Shown: positions 9,026 to 18,936 of the stretch, piece after piece
How positions within the stretch are numbered: position 1 is the stretch's first letter
Layout: each line of letters begins with the position of its first letter
Assembly: GCA_965218975.1 (NCBI GenBank)
Contig: OZ244717.1
Location: 1,408,001 to 1,472,000, forward strand
Direction: 5' to 3'
DNA: 64,000 bases
Source: Candidatus Oxydemutatoraceae bacterium
GTDB lineage: Bacteria > Pseudomonadota > Gammaproteobacteria > Poriferisulfidales > Oxydemutatoraceae
The notes under the pieces: model-generated
Told to the model about the DNA's origin: nothing
The model's database searches: none
Seen by the model: the letters and a program-made list of their open reading frames with translations, nothing else
Position numbers and translations under genes: made by a program

Positions 9026-11413
9026 ATGAAGATTAGCTGCCAATGGCTGGAAGAGATGATAGAGACACCGCTTGACAGCAAGGAACTTGCCACACAATTA
9101 ACTCAAATCGGTTTGGAGGTAAAAGCAGTGCATCGTTCGGCGCGAGCATTGTCAAAGATTGTTGCAGCTTGTGTTCGCCACATTGCGCCCCACCCGGATG
9201 CCGATCACTTACAAGTGTGCCAGGTTGATGTAGGTCAAAGGCAGTTACTGCAAGCTGTTTGTGAAGCAAACCATGTTACGGTAAATTCATATGTGCCGGT
9301 CGCATTGGTCGGCGGCAGCATCGGTGAATCAACTATCCGTTCCACCAAGATAAATGGCGTGCAATCGGATGGAGTATTGTGTTCCGCTAGAGAATTAGGC
9401 ATAAAAAACGATACTGAAAGTTTGCTGGTATTGGGCGATGATATCGCTATCGGCACCGATATCGTCAGTTACTTGCAATTAAACGATACTATCATTGAAC
9501 TTGACCTGACTCCTAACCGTGCCGATTGCTTGAGCATGGTCGGGGTTGCGCGGGAAGTAGCGGCATTAAAAAATATCCCGCTGAAGATTTTGCAATCGGA
9601 TGCGATGGAAATTACTCATGACAAAAAGTTGCCGGTCAAGGTATTGGCGGTGCAAGCTTGTCCGCGTTATCTCGGATGCGTGGTAACCGGGTTGGATACA
9701 TCCGCACGCCCCCCGTTATGGCTGAATAGCCGTTTGGAACGTTGCAGCATTGCGTTAGTGTCACCGATTGTAGATGTAATGAATTATGTAATGCTTGAAT
9801 TGGGACAACCATTACATGCGTTCGACCTGCGCAAACTGGACGGTGGGATAAGTGTACGTTTTGCGCATGAACAAGAGGCGATTCATTTACTTGACGGCAA
9901 AGATGTAAATCTGAATAAAGATACATTGGTTATTGCCGATAACATTGGCGCGGTCGCAATCGCAGGAATTATGGGTGATAAGCGTAGTGCGATCGGCGAT
10001 GATACGACAGAGGTATTTATAGAATGTGCCTATTTTTCGGACTCGGCAATTAGCGGGCGCGCGCAATCTTATGGCTTACATACGCAAGCATCGCATCGCT
10101 TCGAACGCGGTGTTGATTTTATGTTACAACGCCAAGCGTTATACCGGGCTTGTACTTTACTTTCACAGATTTGTGGCGGGGAGTATGGTGAAATATCCGA
10201 GGTAGCTACAGAGTCTAAACTTCCACAACGTGCCCCAATCAATCTGGATTATGCTGCTATTGAAGCATGTTTGGGTGTGACAATTGATCGCCGTCAGGTG
10301 ACGACTATACTCAATAATTTGAATATCTGTTTAAAACCTAACCGAAGGGGTTGGATATGTACACCGCCATCGTACCGTTTCGACTTGGAAATCGAAGAGG
10401 ATTTGATTGAAGAGATTGGCAGATTTTACGGTTATGACAATATCCCTAGTCATCGTTCAATGCCGGTTCCGATTGAGTTTAATGTGGCGAAAGATAATGC
10501 TTCGGCGCGATTAAAAAAATGGTGCGATCGTTTGGTTGCGTATGGTTATCACGAAGTTGTCACCTATAGTTTCACTAACCCGGAATTACTTTCCGCCGCA
10601 GGACTACCATCGGATTTACGCTTAAATAATCCGATCTCCCCTGAATTATCAGCGCTGCGCCCGTCGTTATTACCGAATTTATTACAAACACTGACATATA
10701 ACCTTAATCGGCAGAAGAGCCGGCTGAAAATTTTTGAATTCGGCTGCCGGTTTTGGCAAAAAAACAACGAAGCACCTCAACAAACTTCTGTAATTGCCGG
10801 GCTGGTTTACGGTGCGGCGGTCCCTGAACAATGGGCGCAGGCACCGTCGCCGCATGATTTCTATGATGTTAAAAACGATGTCGAAAACTTGCTTGCCGGT
10901 TTGATTTCACAAGGCAGGACTATTCGCTATGCAGCATGTGAGGATCATCCGCTTTTACACCCTAAATTATCCGCATGGGTTTTATTGGACGATATGAAGA
11001 TAGCTTGTTTAGGTGCGCTTAATCCTAAACTTGAGGCAGTATTTGATGTGCCGAGGCATGTCTCGCTATTTGAATTACAAGTTGAAAAAATTCCTGTGGA
11101 TATTCCGGTTGTCTATCAGCCTTTTTCACGCTACCCTTTAGTACGGCGCGATCTTTCAGTGATTCTCGCGCGTGAGATCACGATTTCCGAGGTGCTTGAC
11201 GCCATAGAGGCATTGAAATTGAACGCCTTGAGAGAATTGATTGTATTTGATGTCTATACCGGCGGTAATATGGAAGCTAATTTAAAAAGTATTAGTTTAG
11301 GTTTGATTTTTCAAAAATTTTTCAGCACTCTAAGCGATAAAGAAAGTAAAAATTACACGAATCGCGTGCTTGAACGGCTAAAACAAAAATTTGACGCACA
11401 GTTAAGGAGTTAA
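9026..11413 (+). CDS. pheT: Phenylalanine--tRNA ligase beta subunit
   Basis: ATG 9026 (MKISCQWL); HPDADHL, LTPNRADCLS, GQPLHAFD, RFERGVD, EDLIEEIGR, SRYPLVRRDLS. Confidence 0.98.
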   Translation: MKISCQWLEEMIETPLDSKELATQLTQIGLEVKAVHRSARALSKIVAACVRHIAPHPDADHLQVCQVDVGQRQLLQAVCEANHVTVNSYVPVALVGGSIGESTIRSTKINGVQSDGVLCSARELGIKNDTESLLVLGDDIAIGTDIVSYLQLNDTIIELDLTPNRADCLSMVGVAREVAALKNIPLKILQSDAMEITHDKKLPVKVLAVQACPRYLGCVVTGLDTSARPPLWLNSRLERCSIALVSPIVDVMNYVMLELGQPLHAFDLRKLDGGISVRFAHEQEAIHLLDGKDVNLNKDTLVIADNIGAVAIAGIMGDKRSAIGDDTTEVFIECAYFSDSAISGRAQSYGLHTQASHRFERGVDFMLQRQALYRACTLLSQICGGEYGEISEVATESKLPQRAPINLDYAAIEACLGVTIDRRQVTTILNNLNICLKPNRRGWICTPPSYRFDLEIEEDLIEEIGRFYGYDNIPSHRSMPVPIEFNVAKDNASARLKKWCDRLVAYGYHEVVTYSFTNPELLSAAGLPSDLRLNNPISPELSALRPSLLPNLLQTLTYNLNRQKSRLKIFEFGCRFWQKNNEAPQQTSVIAGLVYGAAVPEQWAQAPSPHDFYDVKNDVENLLAGLISQGRTIRYAACEDHPLLHPKLSAWVLLDDMKIACLGALNPKLEAVFDVPRHVSLFELQVEKIPVDIPVVYQPFSRYPLVRRDLSVILAREITISEVLDAIEALKLNALRELIVFDVYTGGNMEANLKSISLGLIFQKFFSTLSDKESKNYTNRVLERLKQKFDAQLRS

Positions 11414-11416
11414 TTT

Positions 11417-11728
11417 ATGACCATTACTAAAGCGTACTTGATCGAAAGCTTGTTCAGAGATATCGGATTAAGCAAGCAAGAATCAAAGGAGTTTGTTGAA
11501 GTATTTTTTAACGAAATTAGTCAAGTTTTGCAAGACGGATGCAGCTTGAAATTTCCTGGTTTTGGCAACTTTAAAGTATACGACAAGACCGAACGGGTCG
11601 GACGCAATCCAAAAACCGGAGTAGAAACGCCGATTACCGCGCGTCGTGTGGTGGTATTTCATGCCGGGCAAAAATTAAAAAGGAGAGTGAAAGATTATGT
11701 CTACAAATCAACCCTCCTCAAAATCTGA
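11417..11728 (+). CDS. ihfA: Integration host factor alpha
   Basis: GFGNF, GRNPKTG, ITARRVVVF.AGQKLK; follows pheT. Confidence 0.96.
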   Translation: MTITKAYLIESLFRDIGLSKQESKEFVEVFFNEISQVLQDGCSLKFPGFGNFKVYDKTERVGRNPKTGVETPITARRVVVFHAGQKLKRRVKDYVYKSTLLKI

Positions 11729-12056
11729 CTTTATCCCCGTTCCCGATAAGCGTTACTTCACCATCGGGGAGATTAGCAAACTATGCCGTGTTGAACAGCA
11801 TGTTTTGCGCTACTGGGAACAAGAATTTAACGAATTAAAACCTCTTCGCCGCGGCAATCGCCGCTATTATCAACGGCAGGATGTTTATTTAGTGCGCCAG
11901 ATTAGCGACTTATTACGCCGTCAGCGTTATACAATTGACGGCGCTCGCAAACAGTTGTCGCAAGGTAGCGCTAAAATAGAACGCTTGTATAGCAAGCAGT
12001 TACTTCGCGAGCTACGCCGAGAGTTAGAAGCGGTTCAAGCAATTCTTAAATCATAA
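11697..12056 (+). CDS. MerR-family HTH regulator (conserved ihfA-adjacent type)
   Basis: [34 protein letters not shown]. Confidence 0.92.
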   Translation: MSTNQPSSKSDFIPVPDKRYFTIGEISKLCRVEQHVLRYWEQEFNELKPLRRGNRRYYQRQDVYLVRQISDLLRRQRYTIDGARKQLSQGSAKIERLYSKQLLRELRRELEAVQAILKS

Positions 12057-12075
12057 AGTACAATACGCTATACGT

Positions 12076-12149
<74 letters not shown>

Positions 12150-12774
12150 TCATATGAATGAATTTATAAAATTCGGAAACATATTGCAATATTCCCCGGG
12201 TCAAATGTAATGCAAATTGGGCACTTCGGGTATCGGATAAAAAAGGTTTTAATGAACGATTGCCTACGCAGGTAAGATATGTCACGTAAAACGGTACTAT
12301 ATGCGCTCTCTTTGAATGCTTGAATTTTAAGGAAAACATGAGGTTTAGTCCTTTGGTTTTATATCATGTCCCATCCGCCTATTTATCTGTGCGTAGCACG
12401 AGCTTAGAAAGCGTTGAAGAAATAATTTGGTCTTTATGAGAAAATATATTTGTTACGGGCATGTTTATTTTTATTACGGTTGAACTAGAGAATTTATTAC
12501 AAAATTTCTCTAACATCTTCTATTTTATGAATTTCTTGAAGGGATTCTTTTTTGATCCGATGAGAATCACTGATTAAATACTTGAACATGTTTATTGAGC
12601 ATGCTTTTGCGTTTTATCGGCAATTTTACAGGTATGACGGATAAAAAGAATCGATAAAATTTTTAGGAACGATTAGTGTATTTTCTGAGAGCGCATTACA
12701 ATAGCACACATTTCCCCCCGGGCAGACTTATATATTATCTTACAAACCGCTATGGCCACGAAAAGCAGGCTGGT

Positions 12775-13527
12775 ATGACATATAACCTTGAATTCTTTCT
12801 GACTGCGGCAACCCTAGTTAGCGGTATAACTCTGATATTGAGTTGCTGGTTAAAAAGAAAAAAATATACACAAAATAGATTCTTCTCGATTACTGAAACG
12901 ATAGGATCTTTCTTTATCGTTTTGTTGATCGTTTTAGTCATTCGCTCTTTCATTATCGAACCATTCCGCATTCCTTCGGGTTCCATGCTGCCCACCTTGG
13001 AAGTGGGTGATTTTATTTTGGTGAATAAATTTTCGTACGGCTTACGCTTGCCGATCATACGGTCTAAGTTTTTTGATATTGATTCACCGAAGCGGGGTGA
13101 TGTTGTAGTGTTTAAGTATCCTCAAAATCCCCGACAGGATTTTATTAAACGCGTCATCGGCTTACCCGGTGACACCGTACAGTATCGCGATAAGATAGTT
13201 TATGTAAACCAAATCAAGACGGCATATAAAGTGATTGATGATCAGGATGACGGAGTCCGCCGCCGGCAAGTGACTGAAGAGCAGTTGTTCGGTCGCAAGC
13301 ACCGACTGCTAATTTATCGTGAGGCGTATGCTAATGATGGAATGTGGGTGGTGCCGGAAGGGCATTATTTTGTAATGGGTGACAACCGGGATAACAGTAA
13401 CGATAGCAGGCGATGGGGATTTGTTCCGGAAACAAATTTACTCGGTCGCGCCTTTTTCATCTGGTTTCACTGGAATTGGGGAAACGGTGTGATAAATACT
13501 GAGCGCATAGGAAACTATATTGAGTAA
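12775..13527 (+). CDS. lepB: Signal peptidase I
   Basis: EPFRIPSGSMLPTL, DFIKRVIGLPGD, GDNRDNSNDSR; two N-terminal TM segments; ATG 12775 preferred. Confidence 0.97.
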   Translation: MTYNLEFFLTAATLVSGITLILSCWLKRKKYTQNRFFSITETIGSFFIVLLIVLVIRSFIIEPFRIPSGSMLPTLEVGDFILVNKFSYGLRLPIIRSKFFDIDSPKRGDVVVFKYPQNPRQDFIKRVIGLPGDTVQYRDKIVYVNQIKTAYKVIDDQDDGVRRRQVTEEQLFGRKHRLLIYREAYANDGMWVVPEGHYFVMGDNRDNSNDSRRWGFVPETNLLGRAFFIWFHWNWGNGVINTERIGNYIE

Positions 13528-14185
13528 GCTGCGTCTGAAAAACTTGTTGGGTAGTCAATTAATTGCACATCCGATAATTCGGCAAGCGCTAACACATCGC
13601 AGCGCCGGGATGCCGCATAATGAGCGCCTAGAGTTTCTTGGAGATGCGGTATTAAGCATGTTGATTGCCGAAGTGTTATATCATGAATTATCAGATTTAT
13701 CGGAGGGAGGATTGAGCCGAATGCGAGCGCACTTGGTGCAGAAAATAACACTCGCGGCGATTGCTAAAGAGACAGGCCTTGCTGAATTAATACACGTTGG
13801 CAAAGGTGAGATAAAGAGCAGCGGTTATGAAAGATCTTCTATACTTGCCGATGCTTTTGAAGCAGTAATCGGAGCGGTCTACTTGATTAAGGGAAAGAAG
13901 GCAGTGAAAAGATTAGTTCAGCAAGTCTTTGCTTCAAGGCTTGTTGATTTGCCGGCAGTTGAAGAAATTAAAGATGCTAAAAGTAAATTGCAAGAAGCAC
14001 TGCAAGCGCGAGGATTGAATTTGCCGGTTTATCAACGAGCGAAGAGTGAGAAGTCAATGATTAAAGTGATATGTAAGGTGGCAGAGGGTAATATTCAAAC
14101 TATTGGGGAATCTTCGTCTAAACGCAAAGCGGAGCAAGAAGCGGCATCTGCGGCGCTTAAACAATTTTTTGCAAATAATCAATGA
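13520..14185 (+). CDS. rnc: Ribonuclease III
   Basis: ALTHRS, NERLEFLGDAVL, ADAFEAVIGA, dsRBD with KAEQEAA; TTG start. Confidence 0.97.
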   Translation: MSKLRLKNLLGSQLIAHPIIRQALTHRSAGMPHNERLEFLGDAVLSMLIAEVLYHELSDLSEGGLSRMRAHLVQKITLAAIAKETGLAELIHVGKGEIKSSGYERSSILADAFEAVIGAVYLIKGKKAVKRLVQQVFASRLVDLPAVEEIKDAKSKLQEALQARGLNLPVYQRAKSEKSMIKVICKVAEGNIQTIGESSSKRKAEQEAASAALKQFFANNQ

Positions 14186-15081
14186 TGAATGGTAGATGCC
14201 GTTGTGGTTATGTCGCAATCGTCGGCAGACCTAATGTCGGTAAATCTACTTTATTTAATCGTATCGTCGGCACGCATTTGTCGCCGGTGACGCATAAACT
14301 GCAAACTACTCGCTACAATATTAAAGGTATTTTGACTGAAGCCGACTATCAAATTATTTTTATTGATACACCCGGCTTGCATCGAGCGACTAAACGTGCG
14401 TTTAATCGAATTCTCAACGAAAACGCCAAATATGCTTTGAGTAGCGTTGATTTAGTAATTCTAATGGTAAATTACTATACTTGGACAACCGAAGACCAGA
14501 CAGTGTTAGAGCACATTTCTGCCGACGCCAAGCCATGCATTCTAATCTTGAATAAGTGTGATCGCGAAAAAAATAAAAGCGTGCTACTGGAAATTTTGAA
14601 AAAGGCAGCGGCGCGTTACGACTTCATAGATATTTTTCCAATGTCGGCATTGAGAGATGCATCGTTTGCCAAACTTAAACGCGAGATTGTGCGGCAATTA
14701 CCACAGTCTCCATATCATTTTCCCGATGATTTCCTCACGGATAAAACCGAACAGTTTGTTGTGTCCGAATTAATTCGCGAACAGGCGATGATCGCACTGC
14801 ACCATGAATTGCCGTATACTATCCATATCGAGATTGAGCAGTTTGCGCTACAAAAGAAACACACACATATTCACGCGGTGATATTTGTTGAAAAAGAGAG
14901 TCAACGTTCAATTGTGATCGGTGAAAATGGTGAGCGAGTTAAGCGTATCGGCACAAAGGCAAGACAGCGAATAGAGAGTTTTCTCGGGCAGAAAATTTTC
15001 TTGCGATTATGGGTGAAAGTTGTCGGTAAGTGGCAAAATGACCCTACGATTCTCAGCTGCTATACGGATACTGTAAGCTAA
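14182..15081 (+). CDS. era: GTPase Era
   Basis: GRPNVGKSTL, QTTR, DTPG, NKCD, ELPY, KH domain ending LWVKV. Confidence 0.97.
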   Translation: MMNGRCRCGYVAIVGRPNVGKSTLFNRIVGTHLSPVTHKLQTTRYNIKGILTEADYQIIFIDTPGLHRATKRAFNRILNENAKYALSSVDLVILMVNYYTWTTEDQTVLEHISADAKPCILILNKCDREKNKSVLLEILKKAAARYDFIDIFPMSALRDASFAKLKREIVRQLPQSPYHFPDDFLTDKTEQFVVSELIREQAMIALHHELPYTIHIEIEQFALQKKHTHIHAVIFVEKESQRSIVIGENGERVKRIGTKARQRIESFLGQKIFLRLWVKVVGKWQNDPTILSCYTDTVS

Positions 15082-15824
15082 TGCTTCCGATAGTTTTTGA
15101 CAAAGAACCCGCTTACATTCTGCATCGCAGACCTTATCAGGAAGCATCTCACTTGATACAGTTTCTCACCCTTAATTATGGATGTATTACTGTGTTGGCG
15201 CGGCAATCAGCCAAGACATTGGGGCAATCTTTCCAGCCGTTCACACCGGCGCTACTAACTTGCGCTCGCGGGAATACAATGTTTAGTTTGCGGCAGTTGG
15301 ATGTCCAAGATAAATTATTATTGACGCATCCGCAAACTATGATGTTAGGTTTGTACTTGAATGAGCTTTTGCTTAAATTAGTTCCGGTGCGAGTTAAATC
15401 CATTCGCTTATTTCATCTGTATGCCGACACATTGGTGCAGCTGTCGAAGAAAATATCGGGGCAAGAAGCGCATGACAATATTTTGCGCCGGTTTGAAATT
15501 CTCCTGCTTGAGATAATTGGCTATGGCTTGCAGTTGGAACACAATGCTCAGACCGGTCAGCCGTTACAGGCAAATGCCTTATATTGTTATAAACCAGGCA
15601 CCGGCCCGGTGCATTACATTGCTGATGCGCATCGTGAACTGCCAATTTGTCGTGGTAGTACTTTACTGGCTTTAAGTAAGCATTCCGATCACAGCTTTTC
15701 CGAGTGCGATACGCAGACGCTTCAGGAAGCGCGCGCTTTGATGCGGACGATGGTCGCTTATCATCTGCGCGGAAAAGATGTAAACACTCGATCAATTTTT
15801 CAATTCCTTCAAAGGTGCGAATAA
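15081..15824 (+). CDS. recO: DNA repair protein RecO
   Basis: AYILHRRPYQEAS, QPF, GLYLNELL, LRRFE.LLL..GYG; position between era and pdxJ. Confidence 0.93.
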   Translation: MLPIVFDKEPAYILHRRPYQEASHLIQFLTLNYGCITVLARQSAKTLGQSFQPFTPALLTCARGNTMFSLRQLDVQDKLLLTHPQTMMLGLYLNELLLKLVPVRVKSIRLFHLYADTLVQLSKKISGQEAHDNILRRFEILLLEIIGYGLQLEHNAQTGQPLQANALYCYKPGTGPVHYIADAHRELPICRGSTLLALSKHSDHSFSECDTQTLQEARALMRTMVAYHLRGKDVNTRSIFQFLQRCE

Positions 15825-16555
15825 TGCGTAGCCATCCGGTACGCTTAGGTGTAAATCTTGATCACGTCGCAACTATTCGCCAAGTGCGCGGAACGACATA
15901 TCCGGATTTTGCCGCAGCGATTCACGCAACCGAATCGGCCGGTGCCGACGGTATTACATTGCATTTGCGCGAAGACCGCCGGCATATTCAAGATAGCGAT
16001 GTTTATTTAGCAAGGAAATGCGTACGCAATACTCTGAACTTGGAAATGGCAGCGACCGATGAAATGGTTCGAATTGCCTGTCAAGTGCAACCGGATTTTT
16101 CCTGCATTGTACCTGAACGACGAGAGGAGTTGACTACTGAAGGTGGTTTGGACGTCATCTCGCATTTGCCGCGTTTCAAAAAGATTTGTACTATGCTGCG
16201 TTGTGAGGGAATTCGCATCTCATTATTCATTGAACCGGATAAAGCGGTGATTGATGCGGCAGCGGAAACCGGCGCCGAGTTGATCGAGCTGCATACCGGT
16301 AATTACGCGAATGCTGAATCTGCGGTACAGATTGCAGCTGAGATCGAACGTTTGACGATTGCCGCTGAGCATGCCGCAAGTTTAGGTTTAATGGTTAATG
16401 CGGGACACGGACTCTGTCGAAGTAATGTGCAAGCAGTGGCACAGATTCCGCAAATACATGAATTAAATATTGGCCACGCGCTTATTGCCGACGCAATTTT
16501 TATGGGGTTGCCGACGGCAGTTTATGCTATGAAATCTGCTATATTAGGTGAATGA
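15824..16555 (+). CDS. pdxJ: Pyridoxine 5'-phosphate synthase
   Basis: LGVNLDHVATIRQ, ITLHLREDRRHI, TTEGGLD, IELHTG, NAGHGL, LNIGH; ATG 15824 overlaps the recO stop. Confidence 0.98.
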   Translation: MRSHPVRLGVNLDHVATIRQVRGTTYPDFAAAIHATESAGADGITLHLREDRRHIQDSDVYLARKCVRNTLNLEMAATDEMVRIACQVQPDFSCIVPERREELTTEGGLDVISHLPRFKKICTMLRCEGIRISLFIEPDKAVIDAAAETGAELIELHTGNYANAESAVQIAAEIERLTIAAEHAASLGLMVNAGHGLCRSNVQAVAQIPQIHELNIGHALIADAIFMGLPTAVYAMKSAILGE

Positions 16556-16974
16556 TGACTCTGAACATGGCAATGGCTAATGTTTTTGGGGTCGGCGCCG
16601 ACATTGTTTCATTGCATAGAATTGAATCAGTGTTGGCGCGTCATCCCAAACGTTTTCCTCGCCGGATACTACATGATGAAGAGTTGGAAGATTATGTTGG
16701 AATGCATGATCCGATCGGATTTTTGGCACGTCGCTTTGCTGCCAAAGAAGCAGTTGCCAAAGCGTTGGGTTTGGGTTTTAGAAATTCGGCATACGCGCCA
16801 AACATCTGTATTCGTTCCGATGCGTACGGTGCGCCGAAGGTTTGCTTAAAAAATGCATGTGATAGATTGTTTCCGACGGCTCAGGTGCTGCTTAGCATTG
16901 CGGATGAAACCGAATATGCGATTGCTTATGCGCTGGCGTTGTTTGGGAAAGCGACTGAGAGGGCAGAACTATGA
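16552..16974 (+). CDS. acpS: Holo-[acyl-carrier-protein] synthase
   Basis: GVGADIV, LARRFAAKEAVAKALG, GAP, LSIADE. Confidence 0.95.
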   Translation: MMTLNMAMANVFGVGADIVSLHRIESVLARHPKRFPRRILHDEELEDYVGMHDPIGFLARRFAAKEAVAKALGLGFRNSAYAPNICIRSDAYGAPKVCLKNACDRLFPTAQVLLSIADETEYAIAYALALFGKATERAEL

Positions 16975-17870
16975 AACAGGATTATCCTACAATTGCAGCA
17001 ATAATCGGTAACACACCGTTAGTTCGTTTGCAAAGAATGCAAACGGATAATTCGCCGGTACAAATACTGGTGAAACTAGAAGGAAACAATCCGGCAGGCT
17101 CTGTAAAGGATCGTCCGGCGATTAGCATGATCAATTGTGCCGAAGAACGTGGTGATATTAACTCGGACGATACGTTAATTGAAGCGACTAGCGGTAATAC
17201 CGGGATCGCATTGGCAATGGCAGCAGCAATAAAAGATTATCGTTTGATTTTAATCATGCCGGAAAACATGAGTCAGGAACGCCGTGCGACAATGAAAGCG
17301 TACGGTGCCGAAATTATTTTAGTGTCGGCATCTGCCGGGATGGAAGGAGCGCGCGACTTGGCGCTGCAAATGCAAGATGAAGGAGAAGGCAAGGTGTTGG
17401 ATCAATTTGCCAACCCTGATAACCCATTAGCGCATTATAAGGGAACGGGACCTGAAATCTGGCGCGATACTCAGGGAAAAATCACACATTTTGTCGCATC
17501 AATGGGAACAACGGGCACAATCATGGGGGCGGGGCGTTTTTTGAAAGAACAAAATAAGGCGATTGAAATTATCGGTGTTGAACCGACGGAAGGATCAAAA
17601 ATCCCTGGAATTCGTCGTTGGCCGGAAGCTTATTTGCCGAAGATTTATGATCCTAAGCGCGTAGACTCTTTGGTTGAAGTGTCTCAACAACAAGCGGAAG
17701 ATACAATGCGCAAATTAGCAAGGGAAGAAGGAATTTTTTGTGGCATTTCTTCGGGTGGTTGTGTACATTCGGCGTTGGAAGTTGCTAAGATAATAAATGG
17801 CGGCTTGATTGTTGCAATTATTTGCGACCGTGGCGATCGATATATTTCGACCGGGCTTTTTCCTGCATGA
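16971..17870 (+). CDS. cysM: Cysteine synthase B
   Basis: IGNTPLVRL, KLEGNNPAGSVKDR, TSGNTG, MGTTGT, IPGIRRWP, CDRGDRY. Confidence 0.97.
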   Translation: MKQDYPTIAAIIGNTPLVRLQRMQTDNSPVQILVKLEGNNPAGSVKDRPAISMINCAEERGDINSDDTLIEATSGNTGIALAMAAAIKDYRLILIMPENMSQERRATMKAYGAEIILVSASAGMEGARDLALQMQDEGEGKVLDQFANPDNPLAHYKGTGPEIWRDTQGKITHFVASMGTTGTIMGAGRFLKEQNKAIEIIGVEPTEGSKIPGIRRWPEAYLPKIYDPKRVDSLVEVSQQQAEDTMRKLAREEGIFCGISSGGCVHSALEVAKIINGGLIVAIICDRGDRYISTGLFPA

Positions 17871-18661
17871 AAATTTTAGTATTTGACATTGAAACAGTTC
17901 CGGATGTTGAATCGGGCAGACGGATCTATGATTTATCTGGTATTGCGGACGAGGATGTTGCCCGTGCTATGGTACACTTGCATGTACAAAAAACCGGCAG
18001 TGAGTTTTTGCCGCCGCATCTGCACCAAATTGTTGCTATCGCCGTTGTCTTTCGAGATAGTAATCAGTTGGGGGTCTGTTCACTGGGTAAACCGGACACA
18101 TCGGAAACGGAATTAGTGCGGCTTTTTTTTGGTTTAGTAGACAAGCATACGCCGCAATTAGTGAGCTGGAATGGAAGCGGGTTCGATTTGCCGACATTAC
18201 AATATCGCGCTTTATTGCACAATGTTTCATCATCTAAATATTGGGACCGAGGCGAGTATGAGAGCAGTTTCCGCTACAATAATTATCTGTCGCGTTACCA
18301 CACGCGACATTTGGATTTGATGGATGTATTGGCAAGGTATCAAACGCGAGCATTTACACCGCTCAACCAAGTTGCCAAGCTGTTGGGTTTTCCGGGTAAG
18401 TCGGAGATGGATGGTGAACGAGTAGAAGAAGCGTGGCGCGGTAAGAAAGTTCATGAAATCCGTAACTATTGCGAAACGGATGTATTGAACACCTATTTAA
18501 TTTTTTTAAAGTTTGAACTAGCTCAAGACCAGGTTACTAAATCAATTTACCAACGAAACTGTGAACAGCTGCATAGCCTTCTAAGAACGCAGAACAAGCC
18601 TCACTATACCGAATTTCTCAATGCTTGGGAGAAGCAAGGGCAGGAAGGTTGTGAAGCATAA
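17867..18661 (+). CDS. 3'-5' exonuclease, PolB-like DEDD family
   Basis: FDIET, SWNGSGFDLP, HLDLMD, LGFPGK, IRNYCETDVLNTY; ATGA overlap with cysM. Confidence 0.9.
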   Translation: MKILVFDIETVPDVESGRRIYDLSGIADEDVARAMVHLHVQKTGSEFLPPHLHQIVAIAVVFRDSNQLGVCSLGKPDTSETELVRLFFGLVDKHTPQLVSWNGSGFDLPTLQYRALLHNVSSSKYWDRGEYESSFRYNNYLSRYHTRHLDLMDVLARYQTRAFTPLNQVAKLLGFPGKSEMDGERVEEAWRGKKVHEIRNYCETDVLNTYLIFLKFELAQDQVTKSIYQRNCEQLHSLLRTQNKPHYTEFLNAWEKQGQEGCEA

Positions 18662-18936
18662 CCCCACTATCTCCACTATCTGATGAGTTATTTTTGCCGG
18701 ATAGGAGCCGGGAAAATATGCCGGCTTCTTCCCCCGTAGAACTAGTATGAAGCATTGGTTGAATTCGGCACCTTTTTCAGTTAGTGGAAATTTACACAGC
18801 GCGGGCACCTTGTGTAAAAAAATTCCTCAATTAAGTATTGTTCATCTGTTGTTCAATGTATAATCTTGTGAAAACCGCGCCGTCAATCAAATGTATTGAA
18901 TCTGGTTATATCGTTCTGTTACTGGGGCCGCTAACG

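Noticed and set aside
11697-12056. Mercury-resistance regulator
   Set aside because: Lacks the metal-binding Cys set and mer genes; it is the conserved ihfA-linked MerR-like gene
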